NCBI RefSeq assembly: GCF_009834535.1
Contig: NC_045696.1
Location: forward strand, 38,070,001 to 38,134,000
DNA: 64,000 nucleotides
Direction: 5' to 3'
DNA from: Camelus ferus
Lineage: Eukaryota
In this document: positions 10,901-25,714 of the stretch, one piece after another
Numbering within the stretch: the first letter of the stretch is position 1
Layout: each line of letters starts with the position of its first letter
Made by a program: the position numbers and the translations under genes
The notes under the pieces: generated by a model
The model's database searches: none
What the model saw: the letters and a program-made list of their open reading frames with translations, nothing else
Told to the model about the DNA's origin: nothing

Positions 10901-13900
10901 TATTGTGACAGAAGAAACTGTTGGGTAATTTCAAAATGTGTGTGTGTGTATAAAATGTATAAATTATATACAGCTTTATTATAGATAGCATAATACTCTT
11001 ATGTAATTTAAATATGTATGAAAGTTACATACATGTATATATATGTATATATAAAAGATTCATTCATGAGGAATAAGTTTTAAATATTCCAGTGAATGAG
11101 AGAACCTTTCAGCGCACTTTTCAGTCCACAACTAATTTATGTATGAAACTTCCTTCTAAGTTATCATTTTTCCAATAACATTAAATAACTGTGCTGCTAC
11201 AAAAAAATAATAAAGCCTGATTTTGGTATTAATCTACAAAAAATATGTGACTTAACATTCTTTACTATAGTAGAATTGTTTCCAAGCAAAAATTTCAACT
11301 ACCGTTCTTGACAAAATGTTTCTGCCACCAACTCAAAGACTACATAATAATTTTTGGTCTGTTCATGAATGTCCAGTTCTTTTATCCTAAGAATATTTTC
11401 ACTTTTTCACTTTTTGAGCCCAAGCATAACTACGTGCCTTCTTTGACCCATCGCCATATGACCTGTACTAGAAGGAGAATTCTTTCCAGGTCCAGTTGAA
11501 GTAGGACTTGCCCATGTTAGTTTTCACCAATAGAAAGTGAGTGGAAGTGATAAACTCAGTATCTGATTGGAAGTTGTAAGAGCTGTCACATAAACTACCC
11601 TATTTCTCTTTTCATTTCTCTAGATAAATATATGAAATACAAATTCATTTATGTACTTAATGTCAGTAATCTTACGTTCTCAATACTTGTTTCTATATAA
11701 TTTAAGAGAATGTAGAATTATGGGCTTCTAAATCATTATGAAGGTATTACTTTGTTCCTTGGAGTAAACTTATATACTTCTTGGAAAATTATATTTAATT
11801 ATTGCTTAGGCAATTGTATTAATTCATTTACTAATATTGATAAATACTGAGATAAAACTACATATGCTATGTTATTAAAAATTATAAACATTTAAAAATA
11901 AATCTAAACATTTATAAGAACAATAAAAGGAAGAAGGAAACAAACAAAAGATATAAAGTGAGAGTAACAATAAAACCTTCATTTTTAAATTTTTTTTGAT
12001 GCATTGATCAGATGCATGTAATATGCTCAAGTGAATTACATATATTTTACACAGATATGCTGTGTAAAATCTTGACTAACTAAAACTAAGTTTTAGCAAG
12101 TATAATTAAGTTTATAGCAAGTATAATTTTATAAATTTGAATAAAAATGATCTACCCAAAGTAGCAAGTATCTTTACAAAAATCATATGTATCAGGAAGA
12201 AACAGCCAGCATTGTTTTTTTCTTTTTCTATTGCAAGAGCATTTGTCCCTCTCAAGTTGTTCAACCAGAATAAATTTTAAGTAATATATATATAAAACTA
12301 CATAGTTCCTTTCAAGCAATATCTTTTATTTCATAGGAAAGTAATTGTGAGGTTCAGTAAAACTTCAACGATGTTGAACAATGTAATGGTGTAACTCATC
12401 ACATAATCCCTTTTGTTTTTCATTTACATTTGAAAGTGCAACATCTTGGATTCTTCTGCCAGTTCTCATTCAATTAGAAAATTTTGCCCAGGGAAGCATG
12501 ATGATGATCATAAAAGTAATTATTATAGCAAATGTCTAACCTCAGAGTTACATTTAATGAGATGTTTCTGATTTGTATCAATCCTTTATTTGCCTTAGAA
12601 AATAGGATTTTTTGGTAGTTATGATGAGTTGCAAATTTCGTTCAGCATTTTACTCTGAAAAGTTCTTTGCTCCACATTTATTCTAAAATTTGTCTAGGGA
12701 ACAATATGTTGATGATTAAGAATATAATATATGGGTTTGGGGAAGAGAGAATGATTATAACAGGTCTCATTTGTAACAAAAGTAAATAACCTATGAAAGT
12801 TCAACTAAATCGACAGCTAATTGTAATATATTCATCTTATAATGAGTAAATGCAATTCTTTGCAATAGTAACTAGTCATCTGTGCACTATTATAAATTAG
12901 TTACAACCATAAATCTAGCAACTTTGTGGTTCTTATTGATTTTACCTACTGATAGATTTGTAGCCCGACTGTAATCTACTTAGTCATAGTCACTGCTTCG
13001 ATATTGCAGTAAAACAACTTATATGATGCAAAATTCTTTTATTTCTTAAAACTTGAAACATGAATATTGTTGCCTTATTAGAAAAAGCTATAGAACAAAA
13101 ATATAGAAAAATAATAAATACAGTTAAGATACCTCATATACTACTTAATAGCATTACTGCTAATGAGAATCTCTGGAAGCTTGATTATTCTTTTAAATCA
13201 CTCTTGTTTGAGTGTAGAGTTTTTAAGGTATGAGACTAAATCATGTTTAAAATTAAAAGTTAAAAACCAACGTATGTTTCTATGTAGTATTCTACTTCAG
13301 TAGTTTTTGTATTTTGTTGTGTTTTTTTTTCTCCCATGAATCTAACTACTATTTACTTAGTTATAGGCCCAATTGTTTATCTCAGTGATAAATGTAATTG
13401 TACCACACATTTCACTTTCACCCTTTTCCCTGGTATCATAGAGATAATCATCTTTTCAAAGGAAGCCTACCTAGATGCAATTCTTTAACAAACATGGAAT
13501 AAAATTGTTATATGTTATTTATTTCAGAGTTTCTCCTTGATTTTGTTTGATTGTTTTCTGACTTTATTTCAAAGGTAAAATAAAAATTAAAGTAAGAAGA
13601 ATTGAAATTATGTTACTGAGTAATGAAGATAGGGGCATAGTTTCAACATGAGCTTCAGCAATTTTCTCTCTTCTGTGTTTAACATGTTTTTATGACCAGC
13701 ATCTTATCCATAACTGAGTAGCCTCCACAGCTATAAAACCTATCTTTTGTATTTGTACAATGTGTCCTCTTCTTACAGATTGGTTCATGGGTTTGAAAAT
13801 AAGCCTATAGCCACTATATAGTATTAAAAGTCAAACAGCAATACAATACAATACAAGAGCAAAACTTCCTCTCTATTTTTCTTGTTACCTTCTTATCCAC

Positions 13901-14004
13901 CATGATTTTTACACCTCACAGATATGACCAGAGATCTTGTTCATCCAGACAGATGGAGTTAAACTTATTTAATCTTTCAATAGTTTTTGTTGGGTACATT
14001 TCAT

Positions 14005-14930
14005 GGTCCCAACAACAAATGGAATATTTATCACCAAACCTAAAGTATCTGCTATAATCTCAGTGGAGGACTCAGGTACATGAATAATAATAGTGTCTCT
14101 ATGCTTTAATGATTTAATAAAACAGCTGTAGAAGAAGAATGCATAAAATGTGGTAGTGAACAAAGGGGTGCAGGATTTAGTCTTCTTGTTTAAAAAGGGA
14201 AAAGCTTCACAGATGATATTTAACTGCATGTTGAATGATGATCAGGAGTTTACCAGATTGCAAAGGTAGTGATGGATGATTATTGAGGCAGAGAGATTAA
14301 CGCATGCAAAGCTATAAAGGTATAAAATTATATAGCTTTATCTTGCCCAACACTCAGCCTTCCCTGATGAATACAGTACTTGTGGCCTCATCTTAGGCAG
14401 CTGGCACTTCTCTAACCCTTGACTCTGCACCTTTTGACCGCTCTGACTAATGAAATATGGGATGAGACAACAGTGCTAATGCTAAGAGGCATCATATGTT
14501 TTTAATCATTTTCATATGCTGCCCATGAAAAGACTATACTTTGGCTGCCTGTTAGTTGAAAGAAGAAGCAGACATACAGAGAAAATCCAGACCTGAAAAA
14601 CTGCAGCCTAGAGTAGAAGTGCCCATGTCAACCCATAAATTCATACATGAGAAATACATGTTTATGGTTGTAAGTTACTGAAGTTGGAGGTATTATTTTA
14701 TGCAATAAAACCATATTAGTGCAGCACAAGTAAATATAGAAAAGAAGTTCAGAAAAAACACTGAAGTGATGGGTTTTTATATGTAAGGAGATCATACATA
14801 GAAGGTAAACTCTCAGTTACCTAAGAATCAAATCAAAAGGCCTTTGAATGGCCATAATGAGGTGTTCAGGCCTCATTTTTCAGGCAATGGGAAGCAACAG
14901 GAGACTTTTCAAGCACTGTAGTTAAAATTA
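14005..14930 (-). mobile_element. L2 fragments split by an MLT1 LTR
   Basis: aaaagcttcacagatgatatttaactgcatgttgaatgatga and aggcctttgaatggccataatgagg...caggcaatgggaagcaacaggag are L2-like. Confidence 0.55.
14335..14722 (+). mobile_element. MaLR LTR (MLT1H/I-like)
   Basis: MLT1-type 3' end gagaaatacatgtttatggttgtaagttactgaagttggagg...ttatgcaata. Confidence 0.6.
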
Positions 14931-15645
14931 ACCTAATCTTAAAATATTACACTGACAGAATAGCAGGGATAAATTAAAGGGATAAAGAAGTGCAGAAAGT
15001 TTAGTGACGAAGATTGGGAATGACTGCTGTGGAAAGTATTCAGCAAGAGAGTTTGAAATGAGGAACTGAAGCATGATGATGTAGGAGCCAAGTTTAAGAA
15101 AACATAGGGAAGGGATTTCACAGGACAAAAAGAATGAATAGATGTGGTGGTATGAGGAAGCAGTGACCTCAGAAATTTTCTTGCTGCATTTTTGGTTCTT
15201 GGTCAGCCATCATCTGTGTTTTTGATGTTCCTTTTAGAGTGAGCAGGAATTGAGGTGAAGAGCCAGGTGCCGAACTCCTGAAGGAATTTAAGTAATTTGA
15301 GAATTAGTAGCTATTAGAATGTAGAAATATAATAGCATAATGAAAAAATCTGATCCTCAGTTGGAGGGGTTTTTCATAAAAGAGAAATAAAGCTGATTGG
15401 AAAGTGTTGTAAAGGGGCAGAAGAATCTTTTTAATAATGTTATCTGCAGGATATGGATGCATAGGGCAGAATCGTCCATTTCTAGAGAGTGGTGAGAATT
15501 TCAGATAGGATAAATTGTTGGAGAGTATAAATAATCTAGGAAAAGTTTAAGTATGTTGAGATATTTATTGACAACTGAATATATATGTTAAATATGTAAG
15601 TGAGAGAATTAGACACTAATTCAGAAGATGGATGATAGTCTATAG

Positions 15646-15875
15646 CAGTGGTTCTCAACCAAGTGAGTCTGGCCATCCATGGGACAGTTGGCAATGTCTG
15701 GAGGCACTTCTGGTTTTCATAGCCAGGGGCAAAGTACAGGAGGATGTGCTATTGCCATCTGGTGAATAGAAGCCAAGGATCCTGATAAATATTGTACAAA
15801 GTACAGGGCATTCTACCTCAAGAAAATAATTATGTGGCCCAAAATATCAATAGTGCTGACAATGAGAAAATATGG
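15646..15875 (+). mobile_element. MER20 (hAT-Charlie)
   Basis: cagtggttctcaacc...ggacagttggcaatgtctggag...aattatgtggcccaaaatatcaatagtgctga. Confidence 0.85.
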
Positions 15876-16084
15876 AGTCAATGTGGGGGCAGTGAATGAA
15901 AGTCCACACAGAAAGAAGTGATCTGAGAGACTGAAGCAAAGAGAGAATAGAATGAAAAGCCTCAAAAGAACTGTTCTTTTTGGCCCTTGCTCACCTTACA
16001 TTAATTCTAATTTATGTTGTTTTCTGAAGCACATGAGAAAACTTTGTCTGTTGTAAGTTTTTAATAAGTGCTTTAAAAATTATG

Positions 16085-16745
16085 CTTCCACCCTAAAAGA
16101 GAGAGAGCGTAACTCCCCATTCCTTAAGTGTGGGCTGTGCATAGGACTTCCTTCCAAAAAGCACAGTGTAGAAAGGATAACTCTCTAGAGTAACTTCATG
16201 TGGACAAACCTGACAACGACCACTCCAACCAGGTGTCCAAGGTCAACATGAACAGAGATAAATCATGTTAATAGTATATACTATTTTTCAAATGTGATGA
16301 AAATTGAACTTCATCTTTGTCCTCTTCCTCTAAAAACCTCATAACCCCAGCCTAAGCATGAGAAAAATATCAGACAAATTCCAATAGAAGGGCACCTTAC
16401 AATACACCTGATTAGCACTCCTCAAAACTATCAAGGTCATCCAAAACCAGGAAAGTTAGAGAAAATGTCACAGACAAGAGGAGCTTAAGAAGACATGACA
16501 ACAAAATGTTAATCTAGTAACCTGGATGGAAACTTGGAATAAAAAAGGACATTAGATAAAAATTAAGGAATCCCATGTAATCTATAGATTTTAGCTAACA
16601 ATATTAATATATCAGTATTGGTTCGTTAATTGTAACAAATACACGATACTAAGGTAAGAAGTTAATAATAGAAGAAACCGTGTGTAGAGGGAAGGGGCAT
16701 ATAGGAACTATGTACTATCTTTCTATAAATCAAACTTTCAAAAAT
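16085..16745 (+). mobile_element. Old L1 3' UTR (L1MC/L1MD-like)
   Basis: aactccccattccttaagtgtgggctgtgc...ctcctcaaaactatcaaggtcatccaaaaccaggaaag. Confidence 0.8.
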
Positions 16746-17520
16746 GGAGTCTACTAATAAAACCTATTTGAACAAATGAAGAGTATTTAACCAAAAACAT
16801 GATAATGATAAATGTAGTCTACGCTAAAATTTGATAAACATACTGAAAGCTGAAAAAAGTTCTTTTGAAGTTATTTAGTTTACTTAGAAAGTAACATTCA
16901 GTAATGAGATACTTTATTTTTATCCCTTTCCATGTGTTCTTTGGATAAAAACGCCAATGCATAGCAACAGCAAAATGTATTAAATATGTACCTATACAAT
17001 AGAAATGAAAACTTTTTTTCAAATACTGAAGTATGAATCATTAGTCTACTAGATTCTAGTCAAGAGTAAGTCTGTACCTAACTTAGATGACAGCTTCATT
17101 CCCAAAACAAGAAAATGAAAAGGTTATATTCAAAAGATAAATCTTCTTTGATGACAAGAAGATTTTTCTAATGGCTCTTTTCTACTAAGACAGTTATGTG
17201 AATATTAATTTTGCCATGTTACAACTTGGAATAGGCAAAATTTTGTACACAATTTTATTTTATTTTTTGCCCAAGCCAATTAAGATTTTAATCACATTTG
17301 ATAAACAAGCCTACATGTTTTTTTGAATTTTGAACTCTTCTTAATACATAAAACAAACTTAATCTATAGGAGCAAATCTATAATTATATTACCACAGAAA
17401 TAATGTACACAAAGTAACACAATATAATTTTATCTTAAAGTGCACTTAATATGTTTACCCACATACTTTAAATTATTCATCATTAATAAGTAGTCTATAA
17501 TCTCTTTTTTCTAGCATTGC

Positions 17521-18197
17521 TTTTTGTTATTGACATATGATATTGTACAACTTTAAGGTGTGCAGCATAATAGTTTTATACACACACACACACACACATA
17601 TATATAGCCAAATGATTACTACAATAACATTTAATTTAGATTCCACATAAAGTGAGTCCATATGTATTTGTCTCCCTCTGCCTGACTTCTTTCACTTAAC
17701 ATAATGCCCTCAAGTTTCACCTATGTTGTCAAAAATGACACGATTTCCTTCTTCTTTAAGACTAAAACATATATATGTGTATCTGTTTATATATATGCTA
17801 TGTTTTCTTTATCCGTTCATATATTGATGAGTACTTAGGTTGTTTCCACGTTTTGGCTATTGTAAATAACACTGCAATGAACATGGGGATGCAGATTTCT
17901 CTTCCAGATAATGATTTCATTTCCTTTGTATATATACCCAGAAATGGCATTGCTGGACCATATGGTAGTTCTACTTTTAATTTTTTGAGGAAACCTCCAT
18001 AATGCTTTCCGTAGTGGCTGCACTAATTTACATTCCCACCAACAGTGCACAAGTATTCCCTTTTACATCACTCTTCACACTTGTTATCCCTTATCTTTTT
18101 GAGAATAGCCATTTTCTCAGGTGTGAGGTCATTGTAGTTTTGATTTGCATCTCCCTGATTAGTGATGTGGAACACCTTTTCATGTACCTGTTAGCCA
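17521..18197 (-). mobile_element. L1 3' end (L1MA/L1MB-like) with internal (CA)n
   Basis: Antisense ORF2 C-terminal text; the minus-strand ORF 17835-18050 gives HCWWECKLVQPL, the L1 ORF2 cysteine-rich region. Confidence 0.9.
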
Positions 18198-18199
18198 AT

Positions 18200-19290
18200 T
18201 GAATATCCTAAATGTAAAATGTAAAGTTCATAAAACTTCAAGGAGAATATGTAGGAGGAAATCTGTGTAAGTCTGTTTGGTTTTTTAGACACAACACAAA
18301 AAGCACAATCTGTGAAAGAAAAAATTGATAAGTTCGATTCTAATAAAATTAAAAATGCTTGCTCTGTGTAAGATGTTATTACGAGAATCAGAAGACAAGA
18401 CACAGCATAGGTGAAATATGTGCAAACCACGTATCTGAAAATATAATTGTATCCAAACCATACAAGGAACTCCTTAAAATCAACAACAAGAAAACAACTC
18501 AATTAAAAATTGGGAAATATATTTGAACAGATACTCCATGGAAAAAACTGTGCAAGTGTCAAAAATATGAAAAGATGCTCAACATCATTTGTCATTAGAA
18601 AAATTTAAATTAAAACAACAATGGCATACCACTACCATCTATTACAATAGCTAAAACCCCAAATTGGACAAAATCAATTTCAGGTGAGAATTTGAAGCAA
18701 AAGGAACTGTCATTCATTTCTGGTGAGAATGTAAATGGTACAGCTACTTTGGAAGACAATTTGGCAGTGCTCATACACCTAAATATAATCTTATCATATG
18801 ATCCAGCAATTGTACTCCTAGATAATTACTTAACTGATTTGAAAACTTATGTCCACATTTAAACCTATGTGTGAAAACAGTTATTCATAATCACCAAGCA
18901 AGCAAGATGTATGTCAACAGTCAACAATTGAAACAAACTTAGTATATCCATGCAACACACTATGATTTAACAATGAAAAGGAATCAGCTATCAATCCATG
19001 CAACATCTTTAATGCAACTTAAATTCATATTGCTAAGAGAAAGATCCCAGTCTGAGCTACGTATTGTGTGATTCCTATTATTAGACATTATGGAAGAAAA
19101 CAAAATTATGGAGCTAATAAAACAATTAGTGGTTGTCAGGGGTGTAAGGTGGGTGTGGTAAATAGGTAAAGCACAGTGGATTTCTTAGGGCCGTGAATCT
19201 ATTCTGTATGGTACCGTACTAGTGGATAAAGGATACTACATTTGTCAAAACCCACAGGACTCTACAGCACAGAGTAAACCAAAGTTGTAA
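18200..19290 (+). mobile_element. L1MC-like ORF2 3' part and 3' UTR
   Basis: atgaaaagatgctcaacatcatttgtcattag...gtacagctactttggaagacaatttggcag...catttgtcaaaacccacagga. Confidence 0.85.
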
Positions 19291-19389
19291 ATATCATGTA
19301 GGATGTCAGTAAATTCCCAGGACCACCACAGGAACTTACTTACATTTCATTTTAGTCAATGTCCCCCAGAATAAAAACTGTATTTCCAA

Positions 19390-19900
19390 TGGGTGTCATG
19401 TTCTTTCTGTCTGGGGACTTTGCTTAACATTTATTCTTAGGTAGATCTGCCAGTGATGATTCTTTCAGTTTTTATATGTCTTTATTTCACCTTAGCTTAG
19501 GAAAGGTATTTTTGCTGACAGTTTTTTTCCCCAGTAATTTAAAAAACTGTCTTTTGAGTTGCATTATTTTTCATAAGAAATCTACCACCATTCTTATTTT
19601 TGCTCCCTAGCTACTTTTAACACTTTTCTTTATCACTGCTGTTAAGGAGTTTGATTAGGATGTGCCTTGTGTAAATTCTTTTTTCTTGTGCTTGGGTTCA
19701 TTGAGCTTCTTACATTTGTAGGTTTATAGTTTTCACCACTTTGGGAACTATTTCAGCATTATTTCTTTAAACATTTTTTTCTGTTCCTCCTTCTCGCTCC
19801 TTTTCTCTAACTACAAATATATTTGGTCAGTTTAAGTTGTCCCGTGGTTCACTGATGTTCTTCATTTTACAATATTCTCTTTTTCTCTACGTATTTCTCT
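19390..19900 (-). mobile_element. Old L1 ORF1-region fragment
   Basis: T-rich antisense ORF1-like text (cttgtgcttgggttcattgagcttctt...atagttttcaccactttggga). Confidence 0.7.
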
Positions 19901-20092
19901 CATTGTGCCCTCACATGGCAGAAGGACTGAAAGAGTTCTCTGGGGTCTCTTGTGTAAAGGTACCAATCCTATTTATGAGGCCTTCACTTTCATGACCTAA
20001 CTGCCTTCCAAAGGCCCCACCTCCTGATACTATTCAGGTGTTAGGATTTCAATATATGAGTTTTGAGAGACAAAAGCATTCAGTCCATAACA
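19900..20092 (-). mobile_element. MaLR LTR fragment (MLT1A-like)
   Basis: cctcacatggcagaagg...tcatgacctaactgccttccaaaggccccacctcctgatac...cattcagtccataaca. Confidence 0.85.
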
Positions 20093-20984
20093 GAATCCAT
20101 CTAGGTCTACATATTATTTTTTTTTTTGCACAGTTTAATTATGGATTGAATTGCATTAAAATATATAAGAATGCTCAGATTTTCTAGGTTTCTCACACAT
20201 AAATGTTACCCAATTCTGATTTCACAATAAAACGTTCCATAACACACAGAAAGTGTAAGCCACTATGATCAGAAGACAGCGTAAATAGTAAATAGCAGAT
20301 TTAGTTATTGTGTTAACAGAAAAGACTAAATAGTCAAATCAGCTGCACACAAATCATAGATTTGACCCAACACCTAACTTTACTAAAAACTCAGCATAGA
20401 CGAACATCAGGTACAGACAAAACTTCTTTTTGAAGGAACCTGAAATTATCAGAAGCAACCTCCAAAAATGTCCCTTTTCTCTTGCATTAGGTTGAATTTC
20501 GGCCTTGAATTAACAGATCAGTTTTGAATAATGTATGTGAAAATATTTCTTGAGGGAAGTTATTCTTGTTTGGAGGCTCCTCTGTTCATTCTTCCTCAGT
20601 TACACAGATAAGTAATGTGGCCATGCTTAATCCATACTTTTATCAATGTTTATTTTGTTGATAATAAAAATATACAGATTAAATATATCCTGCTAATATA
20701 ATTTTCTAGTATATTTCATTTACTTGTTTTTAAAGATTTCAGATTGAAATCATTGGCATTTTACAAAGTAGTCTGGTCAGGGCCATTCATTCTCCTACAT
20801 ATGCCCAAATAGGAAAGAAGTGAGTTAGAGGACTGCTATGAGCCCTTTCCTTTGGAGGCAAAGACAGGTTTTAGATTTGGAACACACAATAAATTACATA
20901 GAGAATAATTTAACAATAATGTTGCCAGTTTGAAACTTATGTTGTACATTTGAATACATGCTTTACAATCCTACAATTTTACAC

Positions 20985-21450
20985 TACAAACAAGAGAACT
21001 CTGACACATGTACACAGGAGATACACACAAGATATTAGAGTAGGATGCTTGTAAATAGCAAAAGTATATATATGAACAAATGAAAAAAGTACAAAATTTA
21101 AAAACTTAAACTTTGTTTTATTAAGAGGAGCATTGTTAAATACATTTTTAGCAGTAAAAGCAAATGAACCAGAACTATATGTATAAACATGAACAAATCT
21201 CACACACACTGTCTTATGCTAACAGCAAGTTGAAGGAAAATGCATCCAGTATATCCTATTTATATACAAAATATGCAATTTTGCAGAAATTTGGAGATCC
21301 ATACCTATATAGAAAATTACAAAGAAATGCATATGAATAATAAACACCAAATCTGTAACACTAGCTATCTCTGAGTGGGAGAGAAGAAAATGTGTTCAGG
21401 AAGGGGTAGCAAAAAAGCTAAAATATATTTGAAACTTGTATTATTAATAA
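20985..21450 (+). mobile_element. Ancient L1ME-like 3' end
   Basis: gcagtaaaagcaaatgaaccagaactatatgtataaacatgaacaaatctcaca...ataaacaccaaat. Confidence 0.6.
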
Positions 21451-22733
21451 AAATCATAAGCATATTTTTTCTGGATTATCAATAAGCCATACTTAGGTTT
21501 AAAATATAATTATCATATGTTTTATAAAAACTAAAATAATAAAACTTGTCAGTGAGGGGGCATACTTGTTAAAAAGCAAAACTGTGATATTTCCCATTAA
21601 ATTATTATATATTGTATGGAAAACAAAAATCCTGTAACTTTCTAGTTCAGAATAATACAAGAATTTACAATCCACTGAGGACAGAGGGATAGGAGAATTC
21701 ACTAAAGTAAATAGATAAATAGAATACAGATAATTACAGTTACAAAAAGAAGTATATTTTTATCTAGTTGGATAGATTAAAGAAATCAAAAGGGACAGTA
21801 AAACCTGTGCTGGATACTCATTTGTATGTTGCTGGTTAAACTGCCTAGAGACTATTAAAGATAAAAAACAAAAATTGAGTAGCTAGAACAGAAATAACTT
21901 CTTAAGTTATAGTTATCTATGAATTTATTCAATTTTTTGGTGAGGCTTATCTTTAATTTGATTATATTCTTGGTACCTTGCCTCAACATTACATTAACAA
22001 AATAGAAAATTATACATTGTTCTCCCTCTACTGTGCAGAACCAATCATTCCCAACATATTTTTTTTTTTATCTTTACAGATTCCCATTTCAAGCAATCTC
22101 TTCCCATATTATGTTTAAAAGAGACGTGTAATCCATTTGACAACTGAAGTGAAGGTACTGGTGCCTAGAGTGGTCAGACCAAGTAAACAAGTAAAGCAGC
22201 GTTTCTTAAAATGTAATGAATGAGTGCCCATACAGCTGCTAATAATTATTCTTATTTTTTAAAGTGTTTTTGGTGCAATTTGGAAACTTGGGTTAAACTA
22301 ATCTAGCTAGGCTTCAGGTCTAGCTAAATTCTCAAAGTATTTTATTGGCTAATGTACCTTAGGAATCCCTGGGTGTAGGGTACGTTAGCAAGAGTAATGT
22401 GTACTTTCGATAATGGAGACTTTTTATTTCCATTAGCCCCCCTATAAGCATCTAAATTTTATCTTAACAAAGCTCACTTTTAACTGGATGCATAAGCAAG
22501 TCAAAAATTTTGAAAGTGTAAGAAATTATAAAATAATTGGCCTTTGTAGCCATTAGGAAGCATGTAAAATGCTGTATTTCAGCTTTCACTCAATCTAACA
22601 AAAACAGCTTTCATTCAATCTAACATTTCTAAAGAAATGGTGTATTCTATCTCCTTCAACCAATTGAATATTATCACTATTTCTCTTGCCCAAGTTTAAC
22701 TTGAACTTATGGAGAAATAAGATAAAGATTGAA

Positions 22734-24140
22734 TCAAGAATGCACAGTGGAGAAAAAGACTGTCTCTTCAACAAATGGTGTTGGGAAATCTGGACAACCA
22801 CATGTAAATCAATGAAGTTAGAACTCCCTCACACCATACACAAAAAATAAATTCAAAATGGCTTTAAGACTTAAACATAAGACAAGACCACTATAAACCT
22901 CCTAGAAGAAAACATAGGCAAAACATTCTCCAACATAAACCTTAGCAATGTTCTCTTATGGCAGTCTACACAGGCAGTGGAAATAAAAGCAAAAATAAAT
23001 GGGACCTAATTAAACTTATAAGCTTTTGCACAGCAAAGGAAATCATGAACAAAACAAAATGACAACCTATGGAATGGGAGAAAATATTTGTAAATGATAT
23101 GACTGACAAGGGCTTAATTTCCAGCATATATAAACAGCTCATACAGCTTAATAACAAAAAAACAACTCAATCCAAAAATGGGCAGAAGACCTAAACAAAA
23201 AATTATCCAATGAACATATATAAATGGCCAATAGGCACATGAAAAAATGCTCAGTATCACTAATTGTCAGAGAAATGCAAATAAAACTACAGTGAGGTAT
23301 CACCTCACATCAGTCATAATGGCCATCATTCAAAAGTCCATAAACAATAAATGCTAGACAGGGTGTGAAGAAAAGGGAACCCTCCTACACTACTGATGGA
23401 ATGTAATTTGGTGCAGCCATTATGGAAAACAGTATGGAGATTTCCTCAAAAGACTAAAAATGGGCTTACCATATGAGCCAGCAATCCCACTCTTGGGCAT
23501 ATATCTGGAGGGAACTCTAATTCGAAAAGATACATGAACCGCAACGTTCACAGCAGCACCATATACAATAGCCAAGACATGGAAACAACATAAATGTCCA
23601 CTGACAGATGACTGAATAAAGAAGCTGTAGTATATTTATACAATGGAATACTTACTTCTCAGTCATAAAAATGAATAAAATAATGCCATTTGGAGCAACA
23701 TGGATGGACCTGGAGATCATCATTGTAAGTGAAATAAACCATAAAGAGAAAGAAAAATATCATATGACATCACTCATATGTGGAATTGTAAAAAAAAAGA
23801 AAAAAAAAAGGGCATAAATGAACTTATTTACAAATCAGAAACAGACTCACAGACACAGAAAACAAACTATGGTTAACAGTGGGGAAAAGGGATGGGAAGG
23901 GATAATTTGTTTGAGAGTTGCAGATACTAACTATTATGTATAAAATAGATAAACAACAAGTTTCTTCTGTATAGGACAGGGAATTATATTCAATATCTTA
24001 TAATAACCTATAATGAAAAAGAATATGAAAACAAATATATGTATATATACATATTACTGAAATATTATGCTGTACACCAGAAATTGTCACACACTGTAAA
24101 CTAACTATACTTCAATAAAAAATAAATAAATAAATAAATA
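22734..24140 (+). mobile_element. Young 5'-truncated L1 (ORF2 C-terminus, 3' UTR, (AATA)n tail) with TSD
   Basis: Well-preserved L1 3' region; ataaagattgaa at 22722-22733 and 24138-24149. Confidence 0.95.
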
Positions 24141-25714
24141 AAGATTGAAGAAATTTCCACCAACTAGAACAATGGAATAGACCACACTGAGAAAAAGAGT
24201 TCTCTGTCATTGAATCTTTTTTCAAACAGCAGCAGACTGGTACTCTATAATGTATATAAAGAGTATCTTTGCACTAGGTAACCCCTAAAGTAGACTCAAT
24301 GTCTTGGTGCCCATAGGTGACATGTGGTCATAAAAATAACTGTATACTCACTTCCTTATTAGGTGTCTAACTTAGAAAATTTGGAAGCAATTCAATCAGA
24401 TGATTATTAAATCTTTTCTCAGTTTAAATGTTTCTGCAAAATTTACTTCATTATTTGCATGATACAGTAAAGAAATAAAACTTATATAGCCATAGGTTTT
24501 TAGGTTGCTTTAAATGTATCCAAATCCTAGACACAGCTGTTTTACTGTCACATAGATGAACATCAAACATGACTACATCATTCATTCTGAAGTTGCCTAA
24601 GTATAAGAAATGCTTAAGCCTTCATAATAGATTCAGAAGGATTTGTATATAATCTTTGAGAAATGCATTTACATTTCTGAAAAGATAATTGGCTACCTCT
24701 ATCATAGCAGTATATCTTATTTAGACGAATCAAGCCATAGAGAGTAGCATTGTTTAAAATTACCCTGGAGTGAAAAAGCTCTTGCAATGAAACACAATGC
24801 TATTAGCTTTGAAAACTAACCTTGAATATTAGTATAGTCCTGTGGATAAATGAGGCAAAAATGAAAAAGCACAGTTCAGGAAAAGTAAGCAATGTTATAA
24901 CTAATGATTTATGGTAATCAGTGTGATACTATGAATTTTAGCATTATGAATAAATGAATGAAGTTGAAAATGACAACAGAATTCTTTGGTATTCTTTCAT
25001 TTATACAACAAATTTCTTTTATAAATAAAGTTAACTACCTAGAGCCAGGCTCTTACATTAATATGTCCTTACACATCCTTTTATATCCTTACCTAGAAGA
25101 GGAAAACTTACTAACATATCCATACGTGGGTTTACAGCAGCAAGAAATAGGAAAGATGAAGTGGAACTGGAGCTGTCATTCACACAGATTTAAGCATCAT
25201 CATTTCCACTCTCTGGAGATGATTACAGAAGTGATTTTCTTTTTCCTTATATCTATTCAGTCTGAGTACAGTGGCCCAGGAACTGCTAGATATCCTGGAT
25301 TTTCTTTCTGAAGAATGCAGTAATAAATTGTGGATTAAAGAAACAAAGTAATGTGGATAAAAGGGGGAGTGGAGGAAACAAGGTAAGAGAAGCACGCATG
25401 GTTCACCCAGGGACTGAGAGGGAAAATACTGGAAAATATCATATGCAGTAAGTGCCTGCTATGGAGAAAAAAGCAATGGACTAGGATCAGGAAAACAGCC
25501 CTGGATAATCGCTACCTGTTACTCTATTTAATACTCATTTTTCACAACTTTAAAATTAGAGTGAGAGGGATTGCACAAATAATATTCAAAGTGCTTCTCT
25601 GCTTTAAAGTTCTAGATTCTGTGTTCTAATTATAGTGGCTTTTGTGTGTGTGAATCTGTGTGTATGTGTGTTTTCTCTCTTGGTGAAATATTCGAGAAAC
25701 TAAATACAATCAGG

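Noticed and set aside
13779..14074. Plus-strand exon with an Ig-like ISVEDSG ending
   Set aside because: It has three in-frame stops and the motif-bearing end overlaps the antisense L2 terminus, so the match is probably coincidental.
17521..19290. Adjacent opposite-strand L1 pieces as another twin-primed insertion
   Set aside because: Each piece has its own, different 3' UTR, they overlap on ORF2, and no TSD is visible; they are independent insertions.
20491..22154. In-frame TGA codons as selenocysteine recoding
   Set aside because: No SECIS identified, the frames themselves are uncertain, and CGA/TGG>TGA decay or chance explains them.
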